A DNA stretch of 64,000 nt. Source: Dimorphilus gyrociliatus. Taxonomy: Eukaryota > Animalia > Annelida. The notes under the pieces were generated by a model. The model was not told the DNA's origin, ran no database searches, and saw nothing but the letters and a program-made list of their open reading frames with translations. The translations under genes and the position numbers were made by a program. Every line of letters starts with the position of its first letter. Position 1 is the first letter of the stretch. The stretch covers positions 821,988 through 885,987 of the forward strand of contig CAJFCJ010000005.1 of assembly GCA_904063045.1 (NCBI GenBank). Reading direction: 5' to 3'. Shown here piece by piece: positions 12,303 to 26,729 of the stretch.

Positions 12303-14011
12303 ATGCTTGGGATACTTATCATATTTTTCTTAATAGAATTATCCGAAAATCAAGGTAAATATTCTTGGAATTACATTGTTGGCTTCTTAATAGTTTCCTT
12401 CTGACGATTTAGTTTGTCAAGATAACAAGAAGATCGGCAACCCCAATCTTTTCCCTAAGCCTTTCGTTGGCAATGGGAAATTAGCGGCTGGAGCTCGAAG
12501 TCGTTAGTTTTAATTAATTTTTACAAACAAACAAACAAACAAACAAACTTTTAAACGTTTTAATAAAATAATTATTAAAGTTGTTATCATAAATGAACCT
12601 CCTTGGAAGATCGATTGCTGTGGTGTGGTAAAGAAATGGTTAATCGCCAACGAAAAAGTCGACCTTGTACGATTTCAAATATGGAGGGAGAGTGGAAACG
12701 CTGACAAATTTCAATTAATTGGACAAAATACCGAAGTAGGTCTGTAGCTTTTAGTTTGTCCTTGTGATATTTTCTATTTAAAATCGATTATAAGTATGGG
12801 CACGTACATTTTGTTTTGTTTTGTTTTCTTTTGGTTTTCATAGTTGCCGATTCACCATTAAATGCCGATGACGAATACGTAGTTGATTTTGAATCTAAAC
12901 CCAATCAGCAAATTCCCATTAAACCGGGCGATGTCTACGGTTGGTTACCAGATACTGGACCAACAGTCTATCATTCTAACATCTGCACTCATTGCGGAAG
13001 TGACTATTATCAAGTTCCTTGGACTGCAGTAACAAATCCAGTTGTTGGAATGCAATTCAATGCTTCTTCCGGGTTGGCGGCAGATGGACCATTGGATTAT
13101 TATATTAGATTGTTAGTTGGTCCAGGAGCTTTACCAGAGTTCACCAATTTAAGGGAATTGACAATCTACGATAATGAGACTACCGGAAGTTTGTTGCACA
13201 CTTTACGTTGGAAAGATGACAATTCCCTGGAGACGTTAACTCTGAACGTCACCTCAGTCCCTACGGCGAAAATAAATATCAACTTAACCACTGGAGAGAT
13301 AGTAGTGATGGCTAATTTGCTCGGTTCGTCTGGGGTCTACAACTATGATTTAAGCCTATCAGATGGTTGCAACCACGTTCAATCCAATCTTACAATTACA
13401 GTGAGTTATTGACCAAAGTGAGGGAGAAGGGATGGTGTTTGGAGAGAGAGAGAGAGAGAGAGAGTGTGTGTGTGTGTGTGTGTGTTTAACAAATCCTCAG
13501 TTCATCCCAACTGAACACTATACATCCTAATTTGCATGTTTAGGTTTTATCATCACAATCCACTGAAAATCCTACTACCGCTACGACGGAAACAGTTAGT
13601 AGTACTGATGTCACTAGAAAGAGAACAACCAAGGCAACAGAGGGCGCCACAAATTCCAAAGTAGAAACAACAAAAAATCCCAACTTTCTGTCGACTACCG
13701 AAGGAAAAGTTTGTTTCATTTTCTTTATAAATTCAATCAGTCAAGAATTTCTTTCAAAATGAAAATTTACAAGAACAAAAACAATAAGAAATTGAATGAA
13801 TAAACACTGTACCTGTAATTTTTAAATTTTTGCAGCTAATACTTGGTTTAGTGATTGGATGCGCCGCAGTTTTAGCCCTTTTACTTATCATTCTAATCGT
13901 GATGGCATGTTACATCAACAATATGAAAATTTCACCAAAGAGGTAATTTTCTCTTAATTTACTATGATAATAATTTCTAGGAAGAGACAATTTTCTACTT
14001 TGTTTACATAA
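12303..14011 (+). CDS. Type I membrane protein: signal peptide, uncharacterised extracellular domain, one cadherin-like repeat, Thr-rich stalk, TM helix, short tail; 7 exons, 386 aa
   Basis: Exons 12303-12354, 12413-12502, 12581-12739, 12844-13400, 13544-13708, 13836-13942, 13981-14011 (1161 nt, in frame). Signal MLGILIIFFLIELSENQ; domain with IDCCGVVKKW...FQIWRESG...FQLIGQN...IPIKPGDVYGW; cadherin-like PEFTNL...TTGSLLHTLRWKD...TGEIVV...YNYDLSLSDG; TM LILGLVIGCAAVLALLLIILIVMAC. Confidence 0.8.
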
Positions 14012-17000
14012 AGAGTTTTCTAATGAAAAGGTACTAGGCCTTTGTACAAGGGGAGAAGAGAATGTTGGGTAAAAAATTACATTTTATACATTTTCACCAT
14101 TAGACGCCGCTAGACTTTTGTTAACTTTCAATTATGAAAATGCAAGAACAGAGATGTAAAGGTAACTAAGCAATGAACTAGGCTATTTTCAGTCTCTTTT
14201 AAAAGAAATACTTTTCCATCTTAATTGATCGGCGATAAAAGCTCTAACCAGATTCTTGGACCTTGACCGCCTTTGTATTCATTTCGTTAAATATTCTCTA
14301 GGTGAATACTAACGTTATTGCATATTCAGCACATGGAAATCTTTCCGATATATTTAGTTATGATTGCATCATTGATTTATTGAAATATATGGCTTGAATA
14401 TTTATAAAAAAAAAACGATAACTATCGAAAGAAGCTTGTTAAGCAATCCTAACTAGAACGTCATATGACTCCTTTCCTATTCCCTTATTTTTTATTATTG
14501 CTTTATCTGAGGTTGATTTCTTCGAAAAGCAACAAAAATAAAACGTTTTTCCAAGTAAATTTAATATGAATATTATCTCTTTAGTGGCAAACCAATTTTA
14601 ATTAATGGCTGCCTACTGGAAGCGGGAGAGGGAAATGATATATTTCTTATATTTCTATATATGTGCTGTTCGTATTTTAAAAATTAGCTATAATGGAAAA
14701 ACGCCTCAAGACTTGTAACATATATGTATATATATATACTGTATATATTTTTATACATCCTAAATATCCGTGCGCCATCTATCGTTGGTACAAAAGACTC
14801 GTTGTAGCCTGATAATTATGATAATTTTCACGATTTATTAAAGTAAAACGATTCGAAAATGATCGTGAAGAAATGTGAGAACTGTTGTAAATTCTAAGTA
14901 AGATTAAGTAATCTAAAGTATTACATAGAAAACTATTCATTCGTCTATCATTTCAAATGAGATGCATAAAGTCTACAATTTTGTATTATACACTAATCGA
15001 GTTGGATATACGCAATTAGTATACTAAAAGCTCCAGTTAATAAGCAATTTAGATTATAAATCTACTGTCCGATTTTTAGATCGTTTGATGTAAATGTCCA
15101 AAGGTATTTACCAGTTTATACTTTAAAGTATAAGAAATGCGAATTTTATTATTCAACGAAAATGTTTCATGAATAATTTTTTAATCCTATTACTCTTCCA
15201 TATTAGGAAATACTGTATATCTGTCATTTTATCGAGTTGATAATTTTCTACGGGAATAGCTGGCGAAGAGAAAGAAGATAAATTAAGAGAAAGGATACTA
15301 GCCGTTTAGGAAGAATAGATTGAAGTTTTTAATTAGATTATAGAAAGGGAGTTTGTTACTGTTAATATTAAGAAGATCAACGTAAAGTTATTAACAAAAC
15401 CTAAAATTAATATACTACACTAATATGCATCCAGCTGTCTAATAAGATTTACCAATTCTTGTTAATTTCTCTCTTCTTTGCAACTTTTCGCTAAGCTATC
15501 TAGTGTCGCTTTAGAAGAGAAGGACTGTAAGGTTATTAAGGTGCCAAATGAGCGAATAACTGTCTCTTATTCGAATAGAAGCTTGAACGGTATTACGTTG
15601 GACTATAAGTAATGGCATAGACCATATATATCTATAACGTTCAGAATTTACATAATTTATTTATAAAGGATGCCATCATACTTAGAAGGTTTAAAATAAA
15701 ATCCCTGAACTGTATATCAGACAACTATATCAGGAATTATCATGCTTTTCTCTGTATTTTTTGTTATTATTAGATGACATTAAAAATAAAATTCTATTTT
15801 TATTATCCTCTTGAAATCAGCTTACTCTTCGATTAGTTGAGTTATAGACAAAAAACAAAAGAAATAGGTTTTACAAAGTCTCTTCATCCCTCGAAAGATT
15901 ATTCTTGAGGCTCCTCTCTAGTTTCGTTTTTATGTTTCTTCATTAAATGAGCAAAATCGGATAGGGATACAGTTCTTTCGACTGTATTCATTATTTTTTG
16001 GACAAGATATTTCAATCGAATGATTAGGGCAATTTTTACTTTTAGGATGAATGAAGCGATATAATAGAAATAGAGGTCGTTCACCTCTATCGTTATTAGG
16101 TAGCTCTAGTCGCTAAAAAAATTCTGCATAAAGTATTGTCGAGATACTATTTCTCTTCTCCCCTTTGTTTATCTTACTCTCCGCAGCAATACCTTTATGT
16201 ACCGCTACTTACTATCCTCTCTCTCTCTCTCGCTCTCCGTTTGTTGAATAGGCAAAATGGATAATTCGTAATCTTCAATGGAATAATCATACATTCTATA
16301 CACGTACTGTTTGTTAGTTGGGATTGCTCTTAAACGGGAAGATAAATCAAAGTACTGTTCTTAACGAAATGATCAAACAAAACTTGATGATAAGATATTT
16401 CAAATATTTTACATATTTTCAGCACAACTCCAGTTGAACGTATAGAATTGAATCGTATGAATAATTACGAAGAAAAAGCCCTTGATGAGAGGTCAATTGA
16501 TCTAAGCAGGTTGTATAGAATAATAGGTCAATATTTTAATTTAACACGATTGTCTTTCAGCGATAGGAGCTATACTACAAGTCGGGATGGAGCGAAAAGC
16601 ATTAATACCACCGTAGGAAAGAGTTCTAACGAAACTCCTCTAAGAGATTTGATATATTGGGAATCTTCACGTCTGAAAAACATTTAGCAATTCATTATAT
16701 ACGAATAAATACAAATTCGATATTCGTATGGTTAATTAACAATTTATTTAAATCTTTACGATAGTCCCATTCATATTATTTAATTATAACCAAAAAAATA
16801 AGAAAAACACGAAAAACCATTGGCAAAACATTCAAGTAAACGCTAAAACGTCTTTCTAAAGGGAATTTTAGCTTTTGTACTATAAATTTTATATAGAATT
16901 CTCTTTTTTTTTTATTTGCGAACGTCATATTTAATATGGGAATTGCCGATCCTGACAAACAATAAAAAGGAGAAATATTTTCTTTTTTACCAGTTAAAAT

Positions 17001-20000
17001 CCTTGTATTATCCGAATAATATGGAAATATGGTCGTAGTAGACCAGCTCAAAAATTTCATATCAAAGGATAAACAATATCTTCTATTTACTTTTAATATT
17101 TGTGATCTTATTGAATTATTTATATGTTAACTGTTAATATAAGCATAAGAAGACAAGATAATTTGACTTTCATTTGACTAATTTAATAAATTTTATGACT
17201 ATTTGTATCCAGAATGTATTTTACAAAATGTAATCTGTTAGACGTAAGGCTATGAAGGAAAAAGATAATATTTTATAGAGTGGTGGGAAAAAGAAGAGAG
17301 AGCGAGAAAGAAAGAAAGAGAGTTGCGAAAGCCTTTTTTTATCCGTGCGATAAATGATAATGAATATTTGGAAAACAAAGCAGCTTATTTAGGTGAACTC
17401 TTAAGTACAAATAATATATATATATAAAATATAGATTAAAGAATGAATAAATATTAAATGTTTGTTTTAATTAACAGATTTTTTTCGTTTCTATATAAAA
17501 AAAAAGTTCTTTTAAACTTTTAAACTATAATAAGCATTTATCAATGATATTTTATCTTCTAGCTTACTTACTTATTTACTTACATAATAGTTTTTTTTTT
17601 CATCTGTAGAATTTTAATTGATGGTTAAGTGCTTCCTAAAAGTAAAAATATGTCCTCAAACTTTGATAAACTAATTTCACATTACAAAGAGAAAGTAACA
17701 AAAAAATATATATATATAGATTAATATTATATACTGCATATAAAGTAGATTTATATGTTGTATATCTAATTGTATTGTGACATATGTTCGGTATGCTGTG
17801 TACATTCGATACAGAACTATGTGGTATTTTATGGCAGTGCTCTAGGGCATATCTTGTTAATCAGGTGATATTCTCCATGTCAATTTAATTGCATTGTTAG
17901 TAACGAAAAAAAAGAAAAGAAAACGATTTTCTAAATATACAAATAAAATCGTTGTCATCTTTTTATTCAATTTGACATCGTTGATGGAAAAAAGTATGAT
18001 CAGTAGTGGTTTGATAGATGAGAAATTATATCATTGGTTCTCATATCCTTGGTAAAGAAAGTTAAAAAAATTCCAATTATGACCTTGAACGTTTTGTAAA
18101 AATTCGTGAGAATTTAGTAAATCATTAAAGAGAATTAATTTACACTTAATTGATTGTAAGGAGACGATTAAAAATTAATCTATATTTATACACGATTCCC
18201 TTATTATACACCTCTTTTTTTCATTTCTTTCTAGAATTTCTCACTTGATGATGCAACACTTAAGAGGTTTTTTTTATCAGATATATAGTCAGAGAATGAA
18301 AGCAGCCTATTCTAGGTTTCACAAATCAATTTAGCAACATTTCCCTTCTTTTATTCCCTCTAAATAATATTTCCTTCGTACTATCTGTATCCTTTCTTCT
18401 TTTCAAACCAAGCACACATTCGCAAACTGTCCTAACATATTCTAGCAGCTCCTTCTCACACTTTTAGCCATTGTAGCGCTTTCCCTCATTTCTACTCTTT
18501 TTTATGCGGTATAGGTCTTTTCTTTTCTTTTGCCGAGAGCGTTATTTGACTGTACGAGAATGCTTCGATTAATAGTAACTAATCTTTCTTATTATTACAT
18601 AATAAACAATTGTTAATATTACAGAAAAAAAAGGTATATAGAATTATTTATAATGCAGTTTCTTATTCTTTACGAAACGCTTTTATTCTTCTATAAAAAT
18701 GTCTAGTTCAATATTTAAAATTATAATAGAAAATGAAATATTCAACAACTGTTGAAATATCAAATTACTTATCCATCTATCTATCTAGCTGTACGTCTAT
18801 CATCTTCTCCTTTCTAATTGTAATAGCTTTCAACGACCTGGATATTCTTGACAAAATCTTTTTGGGATTGTTTTTCAACATTTATACGGTTTGACTAGAT
18901 TTGCTTGGACGGATAAGTCTAATTTAGCGGACTAACGGAAATGAGATGTTTTTCTTCTTTCTTTTATCTATGCATAGAAATGAATTAAGTAAAGAAGTGA
19001 ATAAAGTGAAAGAAAACTATATAAGAGTGAGTGGAAGATAAGGGAAGGGGGAGGAGGGGTTGGAAGGCGGAGAGTAGGTTGAAAGGTAGGTGGGAAAATT
19101 TCAATTGATAATGTAATTGAGCTGGAGACAATTTTATCCGGTTGCCGGTAAAAGTCGATAGAATAAAAGGTAAGTCTGTTTAATCAAGTAAATCATTTCC
19201 GGTTTTTTATTTTCCTTTATTCCCTAGTCGAAAGTTGTACGGAAACTGATTTTTAAAATTAATTATTATTAGCCCTATTTTATATTTATATTAGACAAAA
19301 AAAAGAATGTAAATGTAGAAATAAAGAGAAAAAACTAATAGCAGACAACGGATATGTGTTAAAATGTATTTTAGCTTAGTTTAGTAGACGCTAAGAAAAG
19401 TCTAGTACAAAAGTTTAGAATGTTTAAATTCGTTAAATTAAATGTATACCGACAGATTTTCTGCCAGATTGATCAAAGCTAATAGAAATACAAAGGCATA
19501 TATCAGAATTCAGAATAAGTAACCTTTTTACTCTTAGATATACGTGATATTTTTGTTTGTTTCAGTTCTATGATTTTCATTAAATAAATATCTATTTGTA
19601 TTATATATCTATATATATACAATGTATATATACATTATATTAGAATAGTTATCAGCTAATTTATTCTAACTAGTTCAGCAATGGACCTAAATTAATTACT
19701 TATGATGTAATAAAATAGTCAAAACTATTGTAAATTTGCTGATGTAAGATAGTATTATATGCATTATATCAGTCACTTATTCATTCTTAATTTCCTTTAC
19801 ATAGAAAAAGTCATTGATTAACCAAATTTTTTTCACTTTCATATTTTTTTTAAAAAGAAAATTAAATATATTCTTTTCCTTTTTTTCTCAACAAAAACTT
19901 AGTTTTGCATGCAAAATGCAAACAACCGAAAAAACAATGACGCTTCGAAGGCAACTGATCCAGAATGCGTTGACGTCGGTACATAACAAGTTTAGACCTA

Positions 20001-20614
20001 GTTTTAATGACAAAGCATAGCTTCTTGTCTATTTCTGCTATGTGAAAGAGAATAGTTTCTACTCTGTATCTCTCTTTTATTTGTATTCCAACTGTAAATT
20101 ATGAAATATATATATATATATATATACTTTTCAACTACTTTTACAATAGTTGACAAATAAGGGTCAAAGAACTTTGTTTTTTTGTTTAAAGCAAGACGAT
20201 TCGGTATCTTTTTTTATCCCTCTTCTAATAACAGTTATAAAATAAGCCTAATAAAACTGATATATTCAAAGCAGGGAAATTAATTCCTTTTAATCATTTC
20301 CCCTTAAACGTATAAAAAATGGGGATAAAAGAAATAAAAAAAAATGGAAGAAGAAATAATATTCGCTGAGTCTAAGTTTTTCTTATCTACATAATATATC
20401 TTATGGTTTACGTATAGAAGAAGTGTTGTATTTCTTAGAAATCCGATTGTTTCTTAACTACAATGGTCGATATATGTTTTTTAGTTTATTTCTTTTACTT
20501 TCTATTTTTTCAACCATGACAAATTCCCATATTACAATAGAATCAATTTATTCAATCGAGAAAATGCAAATTGGGGAAGTTTATTTACAAAAGTTGGTCA
20601 GTTTTCCAATGTAA

Positions 20615-20645
<31 letters not shown>

Positions 20646-21080
20646 TACTTTTATTTTCTTTGTATCTGTGAAAAGAAAATATCAATAAGAGTTCCATTTT
20701 GTATCAAAAATAAAAAAAAGTAATATACTTTTGGAGAGAACAGTTTTTTTTTATTTTCCTCCCTCCGCACCTAATTATTCCCCTCTCGTTCATCATCTAT
20801 CGGTCCCAGTTGGAAATTAGTAAAGAGAAAGCGAAAAGATTTTCAAGGGAATCTAACAATTTGGTAAATTTTTAAGACCAAATATGGCTTCTGAAATTAA
20901 CGCATGGGGCATGAAAAGTGCACTGATAATGACATTAATAATATTAATTATTCTCCCACTGAAAGATTAATAAATTAATTAATATGGCTAGCTATTAGCA
21001 AAACTTGAAGAGGCTTTTTTTTTCTCACTTTTTTTTGTGATAAACTCTAAAGGTTACCTTCTCAAGTTGCAATTAACGTC

Positions 21081-21474
21081 TTAAAACTTTCTCCTATTTA
21101 TTAAATGCCTTTTTTTCAATAGGGGTTTTTTTGCTACAACATAGCCTCTCAAGTTATGTTTCCTTAAAACATTCTTGCAAGTAGTTAGGGATACTACTGA
21201 TGCTAATTTAGAGGCTGATAAAATTTTTTTTTGCTCCCCAGAAAGGATTTCTGCTAGAAATAAGGCATAATATTCTCTTATCCCGCTCACTTGATTTGGG
21301 TGGCCTGCCACATCTGGGTAAATCTTCAATTGTACGATGCAATTGAAACTTTTTTCAGATATTTTGGGCACTGATCCTCGAAATATTTAGCATTTTGGCA
21401 ATTTTATTCAATGATAGCCCTTCTTGGTGTTTTTCAACAACCAAATGACGAATTCCTTTATCAATGACCACCAT
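21081..21474 (-). mobile_element. Degenerate Tc1-family transposase fragment (N-terminal paired-like HTH DNA-binding region)
   Basis: From the ATG at 21474: MVVIDKGIRHLVVEKHQEGLSLNKIAKMLNISRISAQNI*KKFQLHRTIEDLPRCGRPPKSSERDKRIL, then a frameshift in a poly-A run into SLTTCKNVLRKHNLRGYVVAKKPLLKKRHLINRRKF*. The GRP and KKPLL motifs are typical of Tc1. One in-frame stop, no DDE domain, no TIRs found. Confidence 0.85.
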
Positions 21475-24400
21475 TTTTTTGAATAACCAAAGATACAATT
21501 ATAATAAGATAATTTCCTATTTGTATTATGCAGCTTAGCATTTGCCTATACTGTCTATATATTTTATTCAGAAAAAGATAACAGTCTCCTTATTCTCGTT
21601 TCAGATTACGTTGAAAATGGGCGTTAGGATCATATACATACGTACAATACGTAAGAGGTAACTCTGATTAATGTCAGGATAATACCCGAACAAAAACAAC
21701 GATGAGACAGACTTTGAATATACATGAGGCCTTCAATCAGGACAGTATTCGCCTAAGGAATAAAATACTTGTCATTCACTTCGAGACTGACCAAGCCTTT
21801 GTTGTCTAAAAATATCCAAAATAGAGATATTAAATATGATACTGTTATTCTAAAAGGGGATTACTAGTTGTGGTTTAAGTAAACGTCAGATTTGTTTGTA
21901 ATTAACTTCTTTTTTCTAAACGAAAATTAAGAAATACTATATTCAATATACTTAATGAGGAGATATTTTGATTTTTGATTTTTTAAGACAAAAAGACAAA
22001 CATACAGAAAAACAACAAAAACTTTTTAACTTTGACAAACATTAAAAGAAGAAAAAAGCTGTAAAGAATGAGCTAAACACAAACTTTTGATCATACTTTG
22101 CAGCTTTTTTACTGAAGTTTTATTAAAATATACAAAAAGACATTTTAAACTGTAGATCTACATTATTTATTGACAAGACTTTGGTTACAATGATACAGAC
22201 TTCTTCGTATTAGTAACGTATCTAGAATGAGGTCATTTCTGTATCAAAAATATGCTTCTAGGCATATTTCTAGGAGAAGCAAGAGGGAAATTATATTCAA
22301 ATATATTCGTAAAACAAGCCATCGAAGAAGTGCGTCGAATATTTACCGTTTGTCTTTTCGATAAATGACAACTAAAAGCACACGAATATGGAGTATATCA
22401 TGTAGGGAAGAAGGCGAGAGGATAGGGAGTCGGAAGAGGCGACAAAGAGACATTTATCTGATACTATGTACGCATAAAATAAGAAGGAAGAAAAGGAAGG
22501 CAGGTGATGAGAGAGAGGTTTGGGAAAAGTTTGTTTTCTGTAGTCTCTGTGAAGTCTGAGAATTTGTCTGGGGTCGATGATCTGGCAATCCAAAATGACA
22601 TTTTCTAATACAAAAGAGTATTAGAGGGTCATTATGCGCGGTATAAAAGTATCTGTTATTACATAGGGTAGATGTATTTTAGACTATGGATAGATATTAG
22701 AATTTTGCCTCGAATTTTGTTACCCTTAGGACCTTTTGCATGCGAATGCTACATTATCCAGGCAAAGTCATTGATAGACTTTTCGTCTAATTTTCCTTAG
22801 CTTTTGCTCCCTTTTCAGCTTTTGTGCGCTTTAAACCATAAATCAAGCTCATGATAGTGATAATCGTTGCAGCTTATTTTTAGGCTAAGACATGTTTGCA
22901 GGGGATTCTCGAAACATTTTCTGACCTAAGTCTCCACTAAAGAGCTTTTGTGATTGTTTGTCAAAAGCATTTTTTTACTTAGTATAATTATTGAAGGACT
23001 CATTTAGGGTCTATTTCCCATACTCCTAAGTTGAAGCTCATTTATCATTTATAACAAATGGAGCTCAAAGCATTTTCTTATTTATAAAATCAGAGAGACG
23101 GGCGTTGTACCGGAAAAAATTTAGAAGGACGAACGGCTGATAGGATGAAAGAGGTTACGTCAAGGCCAAAAGTGGAAACAATAATATACCGTATATAGGT
23201 GATATCTATAGACTAATTTTAACACAAACGTTCGCTTATATAGATCATGAAAGGCTCTATAAAAATCGACATAAGTCGTAAGTGCCTAATTATGTAAAAA
23301 ATTTTCCTCTCTTCGAGTTTAAAAATAGAAAATATAAAGAATAAGAAGAGATAAAAAAATTGGATCGAATGATCCTGGAAAATAAATCCCAATAATCTCC
23401 AACATTTAATGTTTACTGCCGGAAGATTATTGGTTTACTGATTTAGAATATAACACTCTTTTCATGAAGTAAAGCAAATACAAGACTGTGCGAATAATCC
23501 ATGTGCAGTTCGATTTGAAATTTTCGATTCCTCCCTTTCAGTCGAACCGATATATTGAATATAAACAATCTCAATTTTGAAGAATATTGAAAGAATTAAT
23601 AAATATACGTATATATTTATGTATATATATTTGTACAAATAAAAGGCTTAAGTGTAATAAACTAGTTGTATAATGAGGAGAAGAAGAAGAAGAAGAAGAA
23701 GGAGGAAACAAGAAGAGGAAGAAGACGAGCCTATTCATATTAGCCTTGTATATTTTTATTTTTTGGACAATTTGTACCCTAGTTTTGGAAATTGAATATT
23801 ATATATTCTCTATATGGTGCTTATCAATAGTTGTATTGATTAGTCTACTGTTCCCCATTTCCGGATTATATTGATTTTTAAGTGTCATTTCTTATGATTA
23901 TTACTATTTCCATATAGTGGTTATTATTTTCATTTTGCATTACTTAGCACACTTTTCTTGTTTGATTCATATTGAAAATGAATATCCCATAGACATTTAA
24001 TTAATTATCTCTTGTTTCTAAATCTATACTATATATATAAATATTATAGATAACAGCTAAGTAAGAGTAGTTAAGAATGACATACTATTGATCTGATGAT
24101 TTATGACACAGCATTCCTATAATCAAAAACTCGTTAATATACAAGTTACAAATTGTATCTTTCAACAGAAAGATAACATATAATCCCTGCGCATAGCTTT
24201 CTTTTTCTTTCTATTGCGCAATTCTTATCCACCGCATAAAAAAATTTTAACGGAAATTTGTTTGTTAATATTAAATGTATGATAAAAAATAATAAAAAAA
24301 ATACAACACCATAGCAACGTATCTTTAAAGCTTCTATAATTTTGCAATAGCGTCTATTACGCCTATAGAAAAGACAACCTTGTAAAGACTAGTAAGATAC

Positions 24401-26694
24401 CTTATTATCTACTCGATTTAATTGTTCGAGTTATCATTTTGTCGTTGTTTATCTATTTGCTGCCAAAGAAGAAAAGAAAAATCCTTTACACTGTTAGCGT
24501 TTAGCTGGTCGATAAATATTCAAGCAGCTCTGTCTGATTATCTGCTCAGTAAATAATTTACGAGTTTTCATATGCCAGTAAAGAAATCAATGATGAAAAA
24601 GTAGAGTGTTTTTATTTCCTACCTCCCTCCCTTCTTCTCTTCCCTCTCCTCTTCTTAATTTCGTAGTCTACATGGAGCAAAAGGATATTAATTAATTATC
24701 TAATCTACAAAGTTACGTTTTACTTGAAATAATTTCTTAGATCTCTTCCCAATTCCCATAATTTTCAAATCAATAATTTTTGAAACAAGAACGGAAAATT
24801 TTGACTCGAAAACAGTTATTTTTAATATTAAATAGAATTAGGGAAGAAAAAATCTGCAAATAGGCTATGAAAGGTTCTATTTTAATAATTCAATAATATT
24901 TTTTATATAACTGTATAGTATAGTATGTTCTTAATTAAAATTTATTACACTTTTTCTCTTTAATTTTCAATTATTTACTTAAAAAAAATTTCAATAAGGC
25001 AAACAATAACGTTCACGTATAGATAGAAGATTTTCTCTTAAATGAACAATATATTATACATATAGACATACAGACACATTTATATATAGTATATATGTTT
25101 TGAATGAATATTTTTCATATTATTATCATGCACCTAAAAATTCATAAAATATTGAAATAACGTTCATTAGTTATAAATACTAAGGCTTTCTAATATTCAG
25201 TGTATACTGTATAGTTTGTATAAAACACTTTAGCTGTATTATGTTTTGTTGGGAGAAAAAAATCAAATAGGGTGCGTTGCTGGAGAAAGACTTATCAGTG
25301 ATTGGTGCGTCTATAGTATATTTAACATTGGAGAGGGCGTTTTTTTCGCAGTGTTGCAGTTGCAAAGCGATCTACTACAAGTCAAACATGCTTGGCAGGA
25401 AGGTTTGTTTACTTCTTTTTGTAAATGGGATATGTCTGATTTCCTTGAACTGTGTTGGCTAAGTATATTAATGGCTATTTTACAATTATTATTATATTTA
25501 TATATATATATATATATATCAATAAATAAAAAGGAACAAACTTTTTAAACAAGAAAAAAAAATACACTAGAAGAGAACAGTAAAGAAATGGAATTTTCTT
25601 TTCTTTCAATTTCTTCTATTTCTCTTCTTCTGCGTAGTTTGTATAGGGAATGGTAGTCATTTGGATTTTAACGACGAAATTTGTCAATGTATAACACTAC
25701 TTTCTAGTAGTTAGGTGAAGTTTTTCAAGAAAGAAAACCTAACGATGTTAATTGAATAATTGTAAAGTTGTTGGTTTAGCTAAAATTAATATCTTAGAAA
25801 CATTTCTTCATTTGACCTTTTCTTCTCTTTTCGAACCGTTCAAATAAGAGGCTGAAAATCTAATTTGTTTATCCAAACTAAAAACATTTACGTCCCGAAA
25901 AGACCCAAAGGTATATATTAACAAGAAAGAGAGGATATGATTGGACGGCTAATATAATAACTATAGCAGCACATTCTTAATGAAACATGGGAAAAAAAGA
26001 ACAAAAACTGTTTCTATTACAATTCTTAGTTGGTCGTTTGTTATAAAAATTCAAATATTATTTTTATTAGTAAAGTTCACAAAGTGTATGAATATTGAAA
26101 TAGTTTTTATATGAGATATCTAGTGTCTTACGAATTGATATAGAAAATTTTCCCTCGATTTTTCCTCTCTTCCTCAGCACTCAAGAAGAGAAAATGTATA
26201 TCGAATAAACCATAAATATACTAATATATACATACTAATATGTATTCATATAACTAAATATAAAACTAAAGACAGAACAAGCGATAAATTACGTTTTATT
26301 TTGTCTTAGAATGATATTCGCTCGATTTGCACTTTTAAAGACCTTTCTAGGTGGAAAAAGAAGTGTAATGGAAGCTAAAAAAATCCCTAATCTTACTAGT
26401 GCACTGAAATGATAACTGTAAATGTTAAGAAATTGATTCTGATTGTATCCTAGTGTGAAAAAGAGCAAAAATGTCACCCTACTTAGGATTCTCTCTACGG
26501 AAAAAAAATGCTAATAGGAGTGGGAAGGGAGGGTGAAGATGGATAAAATTCGTTTGCAATTGTATATCTGGAAATATGTCATTCGCCTAGATGGTTGATT
26601 TGAATTCTAATCAATCGAGAAAAAATCGTAAAAAGTACACTTTAATCGACAAAATGAGACGCTTTATAATAATAGGCAACGAAAGCAGAGAGTG

Positions 26695-26729
<35 letters not shown>

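Noticed and set aside
22883-22912. - strand RIPCKHVLA, resembling the end of a SWIM zinc finger of MULE transposases
   Set aside because: The upstream CxC half is absent and the frame is closed by stops on both sides; likely chance.
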